From assembly GCA_951804945.1 (NCBI GenBank), contig OX638150.1:97154001-97218000 (forward strand): a DNA stretch of 64,000 bases, written 5' to 3'. The notes under the pieces were generated by a model, which saw only the letters and a list, made by a program, of their open reading frames with translations, did no database searches and was not told where the DNA came from. Shown here in pieces: positions 23,490 through 36,798 of this stretch (its first letter is position 1; the number at the start of each line of letters is the position of its first letter). Position numbers and translations under genes: made by a program. The DNA comes from Podarcis cretensis (taxonomy: Eukaryota).

Positions 23490-24420
23490 GGCAACTTTGT
23501 ACGTGTGTTATCGCGGAAATAATGCATATGCATTCCTTGCTGATGAATTGGTCTCTGAAGGTTGCGATAATCATGATATATTATGAATATGCTCTGCGCC
23601 TTGAAAAAGAACCTTGCTCGGGATCAGGGAGACCTGAACCCCACACTTTTCCTTCCCAGGCTCATCTCATGTTTCCTTCCCACCTGCCTTGGCTCTTTCT
23701 GTGTGTGCAGGTGTAGGATTGCCTCGCATTAAAAGCTGCATAGGCCCATTTATAATGGGGCTACCTTGCTCTTCAAAGCTAAGCAGCTGCTTTTTCTCTC
23801 CCCCCTCCACTTTTTTTTTTTTTTTTGCTTGCAGTAATGGCTGGAGAAACTTGAGAAAGGCGCAGATGCTTTGCTCATTTGTTTTGGCTCTTGCAGCGAA
23901 ATTGTCTAACAATTGGAGAGGGCCAAGCAGAGGTTAGGCGTAATGGCGCAGAGGGGACAGGATGATTTATCCGCAAAGTCAGCGCCGGGCAGAGGGATAG
24001 CTTTATCTCCGCAAGGCCCCACAGCTGGCTGATGGAGAGTTGCTCTTGTAGTCCCTGATAAGCATGCACACATGGCCTGCATAATTCTTTGGGAAAGCTC
24101 CTTTGTGGCTGAGCAGCCGATTTCTGCAAACTTTCTGCTTGAGTAAGATAAAAGATAATGAGACTCCATACATTTCCTGGCAGGGTTTCCTTCCCAAATG
24201 GCCCCCTGTAACCTCCACATTGGAAACAGATTAGAGGTCTTAATATTCCCCCTTATCACAAGCAACACCCTGGGGGGAAAGAGTTGTGCCGGTCTCCCTG
24301 CTGCTGCCACCGCTGCCACCACCATTTAAGATTTGCTTGTAAGTGTGCACAGAGCTGCTTTAGGGATGCAAACTTTGTGTTGGTCGTGCATTCTACTGGG
24401 TAGTGTGGAAAAGTAAGTAT
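23490..24420. promoter_or_regulatory. Candidate enhancer/CNE cluster
   Basis: Perfect MORE palindrome ATGCATATGCAT at 23522-23533. TGATGAATTG and TGATATATTA PBX-HOX-like sites, GATA motifs and retained CpGs. No repeat homology seen. Confidence 0.5.
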
Positions 24421-24825
24421 TTCCGTACTGTTTTTAAGCGTGTGACTTGAACCGTAAGGGAATTTAACTCCAAATCCATTAGCAACACAGGAAATTGTCT
24501 TTCAATACGGCATTTTTCCAAGGAAGAAGTTGTTATTAACATCAGCTATGAATCTGGGCTTAACAATTTAGCACCAAGAAGGTATTACTCATTGCAGGCA
24601 ATAGGATGATCCTCTGGTGTTGACGTTGGCGTTCGTTCTTTGGCACTCTTTTCTAAGCCTAAAAAAAAGAAGAATAAAGGACGTGCCATATATCAGGAAT
24701 GGGCAGACTTCAGGCTTGATGGATCTTCTTTCTTTTTTACTAGAACTCCAAGATATAACCCAAGAGCTACCAACTAGAACCCCAAGCTCCACCAACCAGA
24801 GTGAGGTATAAAACAGCTATAGTTA

Positions 24826-25003
24826 GGCTGGATCTAGACACATCGAAGAAGCAATTCATTTAAACGTGTTGTAAACTTATACAGGGAAATCTGGTAGGCA
24901 AAGATGGGACTCCACAGCGCCTTCTGGTGTCACAGTGTTATTTTTAAAAATCGCATCTACAACACATATAAAATGCTTTTTCTTTACCAATCTAGCTGAG
25001 TCC
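24826..25003. mobile_element. PIF/Harbinger-like MITE with an internal CTCF-like motif
   Basis: TTA/TTA TSD and degenerate gg...tagac TIRs. cagcgccttctggtgt at 24915-24930. Confidence 0.55.
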
Positions 25004-25560
25004 TTAGACACAAAGTTTAAACAAAAGAATAGGAAGCCCCTGAGCATACTCTCATCCAGAAAAAGGACTGAACTGAGCTTGCAGTCGTTTCACAGAAAAG
25101 TTCACTCCTGGTTGGCCTTCCACATCTCAGTAGCCTGATTTAGGTGGGGGGAATTTTGTTGTTGCTGTTGTTGTTGTTAAGTTGGGCTTTGGAAACCCTC
25201 GCTGATCTCTTGCTAGATCCTGATCTACCTTCTGATCTGCCATGCATTAATTTCAATTGTCCTGTTCTCAGGGGAATAGTATTAGCTGTCAGGGCTGCGT
25301 AATTTACCACCAGCGACACATTTTGCCCTTCTTAGCTGATTAACAGTACCCCATGTTTTGAGAATTCCAGGCAAGCAGTAAAAATATGGCATTTATTTAT
25401 TAAGCCTATGGTTCATGAGCTGCATTTGGCTTGGGTGGGTCATAATTTTTTCAGGTCTACTTTCTTTATTTATAAAATTTCTTATCTTCCCTTTGCCATA
25501 AGGCAGGTTACAGCAACAGAATATACAATTCTAAAAACACAGTATTAATAAATAAAAATA

Positions 25561-25785
25561 CAGCGGTACCTCAGGTTACAGACGCTTCAGGTTACAGACT
25601 CCACTAACCCAGAAATAGTACTCGGGTTAAGAACTTTGTTTCAGGATGAGAACAGAAATCGCGCGGTGGTGGCGCGGTGGCAGCGGGAGGCCCCATTAGC
25701 TAAAGTGGTATCTCAGGTTAAGAATAGTTTCAGGTTAAGAACGGACCTCTGGAACGAATTAAGTTCTTAACCCGAGGTACCACTG
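25561..25785 (+). mobile_element. MITE family A, copy 4
   Basis: TIRs and TA TSD. Confidence 0.92.
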
Positions 25786-27706
25786 TACCCCGATAAACTG
25801 CAAGAAATTAACTTGGAATAATTTCTCAGCCTGCCCAGCACCAACATGTGACTGTCAGCAAAAGCTGCTTTAACTTTTGCAGGGCTTTGGGTTAAGGGGG
25901 GAAAAGAGTGAATCGGACCAGAGAGCAGGACCAGAATTGGCTGAGGACTCTTCAGGTCTTGAGGTGTTTTTTTGTTAATGTGCTTTTTTGATTTTGCCAC
26001 GTGGAACTAAAAGCTGCTTCTCCGGAGACTTTGCAATATGGCTGGTTCACTGCCAGGAGGCTGCCAAATGACTATTGATTTTCTAGCAGGGACTCTGAGT
26101 TGCAGGCAGGGAGAATTGCTCTTTAGCCCAACTGCCTGCGGTGAGTAAGAGAAAGTCAGCACTGTGTAATTTAAGGACGCCAACTTGCCTTGCCAAACGA
26201 GTGTGCGTTACACACTTGCAGGATGCTTTCAGTCGCAAGCGCACAGGTAGGAAGGTTGCATTGTTTCCCTGCAGTGATTATTTCACTACTCAGGGGCATG
26301 AATGAGCTTGGATAGGTGTGGGGAGGGAGAGACATGAAAGTTTGAGCCTGGAGAGAGAAAAAAGCTAGACGCTTGCGCCAAAACAAAACAAAAACCACAC
26401 ACACACAATAAATTATTGCAGAGACCAATCAAAGGAGGGCAGGCCATCTCAAAAGGATTTCTTCCCTGCCAGCAGCAATTTTTGCCTTGCCCTTTGCCAG
26501 AGTTTTCTGTCACCTTCCTGGTCGTATACTTTCTCCAGCGCATTCCCTTTTCTTCATGTGAAGCTGGCGGTTGTGTAACTGTCTCACAGAGCTCTCTTGC
26601 ATAAACTCAAGCGCCTGTTGCTATAACTACAATGCTTGTAAATCCAGCCTCGGCCTCGTGCAATTCTTCTTCTTCTTTTTTAGGCAGCTCTTGTGGGGAA
26701 GATGCAGACAGCTTTGTTTTGCTGCATGTTAATCAGCAGGGAAGAGGGAACCCTCATGCAAAAATTCACGTTTACCTGCGTGCTTCAGAGGTATGCAGGG
26801 AGGTGCTGGTGCTGAATTTGCTTCCCTCTTTGCCCTTCTGAACCTGGAGGAGTTACTCCTACAATGCAACGGTGATGGTGGCCAATCCACAGACTTTAGC
26901 AACCTGCACAAAACGACACCAGGATAAATCTGAGCCATTGGAAAGGACCCTACCAATGATGCCTGGCACCGCACACAATTGTTTAGCTAACTCTGGAAGA
27001 CAAGAACAACCTCAGGAAAGTTATGATCCCAGCGTAGATCAATCCTGCTCTGTTTGCGTGAGAGCTAGGGTGCCACAATGGGTAGGGCTCTGAAGATGCA
27101 AGGAACTCAAATTCACATCTCGCCTCGGCCACAAAGCTCACTTGCCCTTGGGAAAGTTCCTGCTTTTCAAGATAACCTACCTCCATAATTGAACTGTGGA
27201 ACTCGCTCCTGCAGGAGCCACCAACCTGGACAACTTTAAAAGAGGATTAGGCAAATTTGTGGAGGAGAAGGCCACTAACCATGTTGGCTATGTTGAAACC
27301 TCCAGAGCTGGAGGCAGTATACTTCTGAAGACCAGGGGCTGGTAACCACAAGAGGTGCAAGTGCTGTTGCGCTCAGGCCCTGCTCACAGGCTTCCCATAG
27401 GCATCTGGATTCCTGCCATCACAAGCATATGCTCTGAGCCATGATCTATCCCCAGGATAAAATGCTTCAGCCAATCATAAAGAATCCAATTTCTCCAACT
27501 CTCTCCATACTTACCCTGTCTCATTTATTCCTTTCAATATAGTCAAAAGTGTAGAATGTTGACAGCTTTTGTGGGGGGGGGGGGCAGAAGCTGCTGGGAT
27601 ATTCTTCAGAGCGATTTCATGACATTTCCCCTACTTTCCACTCTGAGTTTCTGTAGAGCTTGCTTTCCATATTTCCCTGAGCCCTACATACATGTATAGA
27701 TTTTAG

Positions 27707-27829
27707 CAGTGCAATTTATCTAGAAAAAGAGGTGCTGGAAATCGCCATGAACATCTCTCTCATTCTCTTAGAATGGCATTGGCACCCACCTGAGAGGTGC
27801 TTGCAAGTTCTAGTGAAAGAAAAGCCCTG
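27707..27829. mobile_element. Short hAT MITE
   Basis: cagtgc...gccctg ends. 8-bp TSD gattttag/gattttat. Confidence 0.7.
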
Positions 27830-28560
27830 GATTTTATCCACATAAGGACATCCCTGCATGGGTACAGGGACCTTGGAGCTTAGGTGATATTTGTCATTGA
27901 CTTGATACTTCCATACCTGCTACCACCTGCTTCCATTTTCTTTCAAGTGCATGTGTGATGAACAAACCCCACTGTTGGTTTAATGCTGAGACTCACCTAT
28001 CCATAAATTAAAACCAAGCCCCTACTTGGGAAGAAAAATAGCCATTTTAGGATGATAGTTAGCTTATGATGTGGGAAATCCCAGAGAAGTTGGTGTGTGT
28101 ATGTGTGTGTGTGTGTATAAAATTCAGAATCCATATGACCTTGTGTAAAAAGTAGGCAATCAAGCCTATTCAAGTGAACAGGTTTGTGACTTTGGGGAGG
28201 GCAATAAGATCTGAAAGTTTTGCACAATCCACTTGGTCCAAGTGGAGTAGATTGTAAGAGATACCAGAGAAAACAGCATCAAATGAGTGCACTGTTCATT
28301 GTTAAAGAAGACAGGGATGCATTTTGCAGTCAAGGTTGCAACCAACAGAGGTGCCCCATTAGTACATGGACTTCTGCCTGTGCTACAGGACTTCCTCACC
28401 TCCATAAAAAAAAATCTGTTTTGGGCGTCCTCCCCCAACTTTCCAGAACAGATTTGGGAGGGAGATCACAGAGAGAGGAGAGGAAATCTTGTTCCACGTT
28501 AGAAGTCCTTGCCCTAACCGTGGTATAACATCCTGCTCCACATTTTATGCCTGTGGAGTA

Positions 28561-28769
28561 CAGTGGTACCTCGGGTTACATACACTTCAGGTTACAGACT
28601 CCACTAACCCAGAAATAGTGCTTCAGGTTAAGAACTTTGCTTCAGGATGAGAACAGAAATCATGCTTCGGCGGCGCAGCAGCAGCAGGAGGCCTCATTAG
28701 CTAAAGTGGTGCTTCAGGTTAAGTACGGACCTCCGGAACGAATTAAGTACTTAACCTGAGGTACCACTG
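28561..28769 (+). mobile_element. MITE family A, copy 5
   Basis: TIRs and TA TSD. 209 bp, with the same 17-bp deletion as copy 3. Confidence 0.92.
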
Positions 28770-30249
28770 TACATCCAGATTCTCTCCAGCAGGGAGGTTT
28801 CATAGGATACAAACATAAACACAATTTTAAAACTATTTCTGAAAGTTAGAACAAATAACATGGCATCCAGCATGCTGCTGAACACATGGAAGCACATGCT
28901 GCTGAACACAGAAAGGAAAGAACTTGAAAGCAAACGCAGAGAGAAGGATCTCAACCTTTCAGGATGGAGCACAGCTGAGCTGCTTGGTGTAAGAGCATGA
29001 CGGGAGGGTGGCCCTGTCTGTGCAGAAGGCTGGGAGAAACCTTGCGGGCAAAAGCTGAGTAACGAGGAAGCGAAATGCTCCTTTGCCAGGTGGCAGAGAG
29101 CCAGAGCTGTGGGCGCACGTGAGAATGTGGAAGGAGGCAGGCAGCAACCCACGCTGTCTGCACTTCAGATCTCTGAAAGGATCTCCCTGTGCCGACTGTT
29201 ACACAGAGAAAAACACAAGGGGAGGATGTGAGAGAAAGAGCAGCAAAGAACATATGAGCACTGCCTGGAGCTTCATTGCCTGACAGCAGAGAGGTTGGCG
29301 GCAGTAGAGCATCTCCATCTGCAGCCGGGGCCTGCTGAGGGCACCTGGGTCCCCTGTATTTTTATTTCTGATATTGACAGGCCGCTTTTCACCATGCAAG
29401 GCCACCACAAAGTGGTTTGCAGAGCAATCAATGAAACAACCCAGCGATCAAATAATGTGGCGTCTAAAACAATAATAAAAAGAAACCACCGACAAAGAAA
29501 AGAAGAGAGACGTAATGCAGCTGACTTGAAATGCCTGCTGGAAAAGAAAGGTTACCTTCTGTGGGGAGATGAGACCACCTAAAGAGCATCAGGAGTATAA
29601 ATGGCAGCTAATTCATTCTATAGAAAATTTCAGAGGACTTTTTAGTTCTCCGGCAAGAACTAAACTAAACTTAGTACCTGCAAGATACCGAGTAAAAGCA
29701 GGGGATACTCAGGTGACCGGATTCATCTTGAGAGCATGGACCTAGAGATGGCAGCTGCAACTAGAACCGTGGAAGGTGGCAGCGGACAGAAAACAGATCC
29801 TGATCTCTGAGGCTCCTTTATAAACAGAGGCATAGCAAGACAGCTCTAACTTAACTGATTGTGTGCTGTTATTTCAGGGCTCTGTGTCTTCAGTGGTCTA
29901 TCCATAGATGCTTTGGATTACAACTCTCATAAGCCACAGCCAGCTCAACCTCTCTGGGGTAGATGGACGTTGTAGTCCTAAACACCTGGAGGGTTGGGGA
30001 AAGCTGCCCTAAGAGGTGACTCCACACAGGACTTGCAGTCAGGTTAAAGTGGACTGTGTAGTCCACCTGGGTGGATTTCTGTGGTGGAGATGGCTCAGAA
30101 TGAATGGGACTTTCCTTCTTCCCAGAATGTTCCTCTAGTTGCTTACTCTAGTTATACTTGGGGTGTGTATTGGGTGCAGCTTTGAAATCTGTTTCATTTA
30201 AAAGCAAAAACACATTTTGGGCTTTGATGCAAATACATGTGAACAACAT

Positions 30250-30461
30250 GGTGGTCAGAATTCCAGATAAACTCGACTAGATCTGTAGAAAATGGCGTTG
30301 GTGGGGGATTTCCAAAAATTGGCAAAATGGAAAACCCAGACATATGGCAACCCATGTCGGAATTGAAGTCTTTCCTTTAAAATAGCTTAAAAACTGCAAT
30401 AGCTCAACAGCTTTGCCCTCACCCCCAAAGCTCAACAACGTTTTGAAATATGGCAACCCTA
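30250..30461. mobile_element. Partial hAT MITE (TAGGGTTGCC family)
   Basis: Right end ttttgaaatatggcaacccta and the internal sequence match 40915-41234. Left end is unclear. Confidence 0.6.
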
Positions 30462-31604
30462 AACTAGTCCCATTACCACAAAAGGTGCTGCCAAGACAAA
30501 AACGAGATAGAGGTTTCTTATTATAGTGGTGGAACTTTTTATATTTGTATCTAGCCTTTTAGTAAACCATTGTTTACAGGACCTGGGAATCATTTACCCA
30601 CAGAGTCTCCGTCTTAATCAGGGTTCAGTCTCGGTTTCTTCACTTTGCTCCAGCCCCTCATTGCATCCAGGCACCAGTTCAGGTCATGCGTAGCCTCTGC
30701 TGATTCAGATGTTACTGAGAAACAGAGGTGGGTGTCAACACCATACTGCAGACAGCTCATCTCAGCTCTCCTAATGGCCACTCCCAGTGGCTCAGTATAG
30801 ATGTTAAATGTTTATATCTGGTAAACTGCTGTAATATGTGTCCTATGATCAAGGGCACCTCTGATTTAGGACAGTAATTGCGATGAAAGACAACTGCAAC
30901 AATAAGTACAGGCTTATTACGGCCTATTTCCTCAGCAAGGACAAACTGGCATAATGTTGCTGAAATCCCTGGTATCAATTTACACTGGAAAAGAATCCAC
31001 TTTGTAATTTACAGCAGGGTACAGAGCTTGATTCTCAATCTGTTCTCTTGTGCCAAAATCCATTTACTTTGATGGGCCTTACATGAGGGCCTTTTGGGGT
31101 GGTTGTGAGTACTTTGAGAATGGCACTAAAACCCCGTAGTCCCTTAATTTGGCTATAGACTAACTGTAAATAATCACATCCCAAAGCCTTGCTCCTACTT
31201 AATCTTTTAAATGATTCCTCTGGAGAAGGCCACGCTCAATTTAAATGCTAAATCTGTGAACTTCTAAGAGTCTTTCCATGGCTGAGTCCAGAGTGAGTTG
31301 CCAATAAATAATGCTGCAACAAATGTGAAAGTCTTTGCAGCCCCCTCTTCACTGTATCTAGAGAGTAAGTGTTTTGGGTATTGAATCATGTGCTCTGGGT
31401 ATGAATTGCTTCACTTTGGCTGGCTTGTGACATGGGAGAAGACAGAAAAGGACAACCATAAGGTATCAGGAGACCCACATACTGAACTAAGTGCATGTTT
31501 GTACATGCAATGGTGATTTTGGATCTGTTAATGTGAATTGTTGTTTAATGTGAATTGCTGCTGCTGCTGTAGTTGTAATTAACCTCTTAGTAAAGCTCTG
31601 TTTA

Positions 31605-31961
31605 GGGATGTGGGTGGCGCTGTGGGTTAAACCACAGGGCCTAGGACTTGCCGATCAGAAGGTTGGTGGTTCGAATCCCCGCGATGGGGTGAGCTCCCGT
31701 TGCTCAGTCCCTGCTCCTGCCAACCTAGCAGTTCGAAAGCACATCAAAGTGCAAGTAGATAAATAGGTACCGCTCCGGCGGGAAGGTAAACAGCGTTTCC
31801 GTGCGCTGCTCTGGTTTCACCAGAAGCGGCTTAGTCATGCTGGCCACATGACCCAGAAGCTGTACGCCAGCTCCCTCGGCCAGTAAAGCGAGATGAGCGC
31901 CGCAACCCCAGAGTCGGCCACGACTAGACCTAATGGTCAAGGGTCCCTTTACCTTTACCTT
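31605..31961 (+). mobile_element. Full-length Sauria SINE
   Basis: tRNA head with boxes A/B, Sauria core and (ACCTTT)n tail. Perfect 14-bp TSD taaagctctgttta at 31591-31604 and 31962-31975. Confidence 0.96.
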
Positions 31962-32173
31962 TAAAGCTCTGTTTATCAGATATGGGGACCATTTACCCAC
32001 AAAGTCTCTAGTTTAGTGAGGCAGGCAGCCATGCCCAGTTCCATAATACTGCATTCCCTCCTCCCCCCCAGTCAGTCAGCATTCCATGTCCACTGAGCAT
32101 GTTCATTCCTCACTGGGCAAAATTTTGGTTCCCTCCCTTTAGAGCTCTCTCTCTCTTTTTCTCTTTCTCTCAC

Positions 32174-32320
32174 CAGTGGCGTAGCGTGGGGGGTGCAGGG
32201 GGGGCCGGTCGCACCGGTCGCAACATCTGGGGGTTAGGGTTACGGGGCGCAAATCCACGAGTTAGGGGGTGCAAATTACTTGCCTTGCCCCGGGTGCTGA
32301 CAACCCACGCTACACCACTG
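32174..32320. mobile_element. Young hAT MITE (147 bp)
   Basis: 17-bp TIRs cagtggcgtagcgtggg / cccacgctacaccactg. Perfect 8-bp TSD tctctcac. Confidence 0.92.
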
Positions 32321-32438
32321 TCTCTCACTCTCTCTCTCGTTTTCTTCAATCTCATGAGTTCTCCCAAGTCTGCTGATACCTCTCCTCTTATGTTTGGGTT
32401 ATAAAAGGACCCACACTCACCTCTGGCCATTGACAATA

Positions 32439-32656
32439 CAGTGGTACCACGGGTTAAGAACTTAATTCGTTCTGGAGGACCGTTCTTAACCTGAAACTGT
32501 TCTTAACCTGAGACACCGCTTTAGCTAATGGGGCCTCCCGCTGCCACCATAGCACGATTTCTGTCCTTATCCTGAAGCAAAGTTCTTAACCTGAGGTACT
32601 GTTTCTGGGTTAGCGGAGTCTGTAACCTGAAGCGTCTGTAACCTGAGGTACCACTG
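32439..32656 (-). mobile_element. MITE family A, copy 6
   Basis: TIRs and TA TSD. Confidence 0.92.
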
Positions 32657-33307
32657 TAGAGCTTTGAACTCCACAGGGGTCTTGCGGCTAACAAAAAAAG
32701 TTATGTTTCTATGATTCCCTGTACTTGCCACCTGTGAGATGCTGCAACTACTTTCCCCTAAATATTAAACGTTATTAATGGAGATGGGAGCTCCATACAT
32801 GCTACTTATAAACATATGGAGCTCCCTTATACTGAGTCAGCTCACTAGCCCTTGTAGCCCAGTACTGCCTACTTGGACTGACTGTAGTTCTCCAGGGTCC
32901 CAGGCAAGTTTTGCAGGAAACCACAGGTAAAGTGGGCACAGTGGCCTCTTGAGATCCACAGCTTTGTTTCCTGTCCATCTTCACCGACGACAATTCTGCT
33001 TGTCGCCGCTTGACTAACCGCGGCCCAGGGACAGAGGACTAACTTGACCTTTTCCCTCGATACTGGGTTTGAGGAAGTATTACCTATTGTAATATCTGCA
33101 CTCATTCTTTATGGGTTTCCAGGAGTAAAGCCAAACCAATGGTCTGTGCAGCTACATGGTGACCATCCGTGACCTATGTCAAAAGACAAACTTGTGGCTG
33201 GCAGGGTTAGGGTTAGGGTTAAATTTTTGTTTGTTTCTGGATTTAATTCATTCCAGGGCTTATTACTGAACACTCCATTGTGGTTCTGTGGAATCATGAT
33301 CGTATTA

Positions 33308-33560
33308 CAGTGGTGCCTCGCAAGACGAAATTAATTCGTTCCGCGAGTTGCTTCGTCTTGCGATTTTTTTGTCTTGCGGAGCGCGGATTCCCCGGGTATT
33401 AACGGCTTTAAGAAAAAGGAAGCAAACTCGCAAGACGTTTTCGTCTTGCGAAGCAAGCCCATAGGGAAATTCGTCTTGCGAAGCACCTCGAAAAACGGAA
33501 AACCCTTTCGTCTAGCGAGTTTTTCGTCTTGCGAGGCATTCGTCTTGCGGGGCACCACTG
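33308..33560 (-). mobile_element. Tc1/mariner-type MITE, family B (short copy)
   Basis: TIRs CAGTGGTGCCYCGCAAGACG, TA TSD, multiple ttcgtcttgcg subrepeats. Opposite orientation to 44111-44611. Confidence 0.92.
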
Positions 33561-34939
33561 TATTCATAGCATTGTTTCTATCTCTCTGCAACAACCATTT
33601 CTCCTCTCTACATCATTTTTCTTCTGCTTAATTTGCGAACAAATAGGCAAGCCATCGTTTGTTTCTGTCTCTCAAATGTCTGTATTGTTTATTTGTAATG
33701 ATTTTTATTTTTATTTAAAGCAACTTTGGGTGCGCTGTTTGTACCCTGCTGGTTTGGAGCTTTGATGTAAGTCGAGACAGGGTGTTACGAGATGGAGTGA
33801 AGCTTCACACCAGTAAAAAAAAATTCCTGGGCAAGACTCAACCGATGTATGACACATTGACGTCTGGGTTGCATATGCTGATGTGTGGGAATGTGGCAAC
33901 AAGATTCCCTTCACTTGCAGCAGGGGGTTGAATTGGGGCTGGGTCTTCAGAGTCTTCCAGCTCTTTCTTCTTGCCACCCAGGCAGCCTTCTAAAACATCT
34001 TTTTCTGTATAGCGGCAGCCCAAGACAATTTGCTGCCTGAAGCAGAATTCAGATGTGCTTCCTACCCTGACCAACATTTTGTTGTATCGTTCAGATATGA
34101 ATTCCAGCCCTCGTCTGCTATATGTGTATGTAATTTGTGGGGGGTTGTGGAAATGAGCAAGGCCAAGAGAGGTTTCCCTCTGAGGCAGGGGAAACCCCAG
34201 TTGGGAAGACGTTCTACAGGGTCTGACACATTCTGCTCGACGCTCCATTAAATTAAGGTCCCTGATGTTTAATTAATATGCTTAGACAAATGTCCTCAGT
34301 CTTAATAACTCAGGTAACAGATTGCATTGGGATTGCTTGGGATGTTGCTTTGTTTTTCCCTCCGCCCCCTGTCCTACTTTTGCTTTATACATTATTTGCT
34401 AAGAAAGGGCCAAGGGGGTCCTTCTCAGAGCTGGTCCTTCTGGTTGAGGTGTCCAGGAGGATGCCTTTGCCTCACCACTGTAATTTGCTTTGAGGTTCTA
34501 GAAAGTGCTTTTAAACTAAGCTTTTTTATTTTAAAAAAATGCTTTAGTGTATTACATGGAATGATTTACTTTTGGTGGATATCAAGATAGTGGCCATAAC
34601 TGTGGTTGCCTATCCAGTTGGCAAGGTAAGAGGGGGCCCAGGACATCATCCTGCCACAGGCTCCAAAACACTGTTCCAGGTCCATCAACAAATGCTGGGT
34701 ACAGATTAATGACTGCAGGATTTGTGCATGCGCAGAAAATACATTTAAAATTAAGAAGCAGTATGCCTCCGAGCTTATGCTCAGCTCAGATTTTCAACAC
34801 CAGAACAATGATGGCCAGTTAAGCGTTGCCAAAAAAAAGAGGATTTGCATCACCAAAATGAAAAGATGACATCAATTGCTGTATCCATTCACAAATGGCA
34901 ATTTATATACAGACAAGCAAATTTTAAAATGATTTTAAA

Positions 34940-35309
34940 AAAGGTAAAGGTAAAGGACCAGTCGTGAACGACTCTGGGGTTGCACCACTCATCTCGCTTT
35001 ACAGGCCGAGGGAGCCGATGTTTGTCCGCAGACAGTTTTTCCGCGTCATGTGGCCAGCATGACTAAGCCGCTTCTGGCACAATGGAACACTGAAACAAGA
35101 GCAGCGCACGGAAACGCCGTTTACCTTCCTGCCGGAGCGGTACCTATTTTTCTACTTACGCTTTTTGGTGTGCTTTTGAACTGCTAGGTTGGCAGGAGCT
35201 GGGACTGAGCAACGGGAGATCACTCCATTGCGGGGATTTAAACCACCGACCTTCAGATCGGCAAGCCCAAGAGGCTCAGTGGTTTAGACCACAGCGCCAC
35301 CCGCGCCCC
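34940..35309 (-). mobile_element. Sauria SINE
   Basis: Reverse complement of the element at 31605, with an (AAGGTA)n tail at 34940. Confidence 0.93.
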
Positions 35310-35345
35310 TTAATTTTTTTTTTAATGATTACTATAATTTAAATA

Positions 35346-35571
35346 CAGTGGTACCTAGGGTTAAGTACTTAATTCATTCCGGAGGTCCGTTCTTAACCTG
35401 AAACTGTTCTTAACCTGAAGCACCACTTTAGCTAATGGGGCCTCCTGCTGCTGCCGCTCCGCTGGAGCACGATTTCTGTTCTCAACCTGAAGCAAAGTTC
35501 TTAACCCGAGGTACTATTTCTGGGTTAGTGGCTTATGTAACCTGAAGCGTATGTAACCCGAGGTACCACTG
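35346..35571 (-). mobile_element. MITE family A, copy 7
   Basis: TIRs and TA TSD. Confidence 0.92.
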
Positions 35572-36234
35572 TACAATAAACACAATACAGCTTGCTTACT
35601 GGGGAAGACACCGGGTGACTTGTGCATTGGCTCAGTCTGCCAATGTGCTGCTAACGCCTGGCGAACAACTTCAAGGCTCCTGCTCTCCCTTGTTATGGTT
35701 CCTTATCTTCAAACAGGACTTCAAATAGAGGTCACCTTCAAACAGGGGACTGGCAGTCCTTCAAAAAATAGAAGACTGCCTTCTTTTCTATAAAGTAGGA
35801 CACATGGCCACCCTAATCAGAAAGGAGCTCATATTCCTGGTTTCTTGCCAAGCTCTTTTGTTTTAGCAGCCTAATTTAGAGAAGAAGAACCTTTGTATGC
35901 TTACTATTGTTAAATGACTGGGATCTGAGAAGGCCTTGTTGATCCACTGTAAATGGAAATCACATAGAGACATGCCAGCCAATCCTCATCTGTACTCTGT
36001 TCATCTCTGATTCTGTCTTGGTTTAAGATTACCCTGCATATCAAGCTAGAAAATAGGTTTCCTTAGATGGGTCCATGCCACAACAAGGCTGCAAACCTGT
36101 GAGCTGGCACCTGAAGCTGACTCTTTAACAGCAGTAAGGAGCGGGTGACTCAAGCCCTATGCAGGTGTTTTTCACGTGTAGACCCTGTGTGTGCAGAAGG
36201 GGCAGCAGGTCACACTACTGGTCCCATCTCCTAA

Positions 36235-36656
36235 GTGGGATAGACAAATGCATCAGTTTTGGTTTCTCTCAGTTTCTCATTTTTCCCAATCTTAAATTCA
36301 GTTCTCCACTTTTTCACATCAGTTTGTGATTATTATTATTATTATTTAAACCCTCTGGGAAATTCATCTATGAATTTCTCCTAATGTACACACAATTTTG
36401 CCTGGTGTACACATCATTGCAAAGCGATTTCCCCAATATGATGCTTTTTTGCATATTATTTTCATTAATATGTGCATTTGTATAGACCCATGCATTTTGT
36501 ACACATCACCTGGATGGAGAGCTGCAATGGCAGAATTCGGAGAAGGGCCAATAGCAAAGGGTGGCTGTGTTTGGGTTCCCGTATTGTTTCAGAAAGTGCA
36601 AATTTGGTACATTCACCTTTGAATGTGAACTGAATAGAATTTCTTTCCCATCCCTA
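36235..36656. mobile_element. hAT-type non-autonomous element (same family as 19459-20083)
   Basis: Shared body ttttggtttctctcagtttctc...cagttctccac. Right end catcccta. Confidence 0.65.
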
Positions 36657-36798
36657 TTTCTAGATGTCCATGAATCCACACAGGAAAAGTCTGTGTGTGG
36701 GCAGCTGCTTATTACCCTTGCCTGATCAAGGATCCTTCTCTCATGGAAGTCTCTATGTGAGTGCACAAGCTTTCCATTTGCAGGCAGTACATGGTGTT

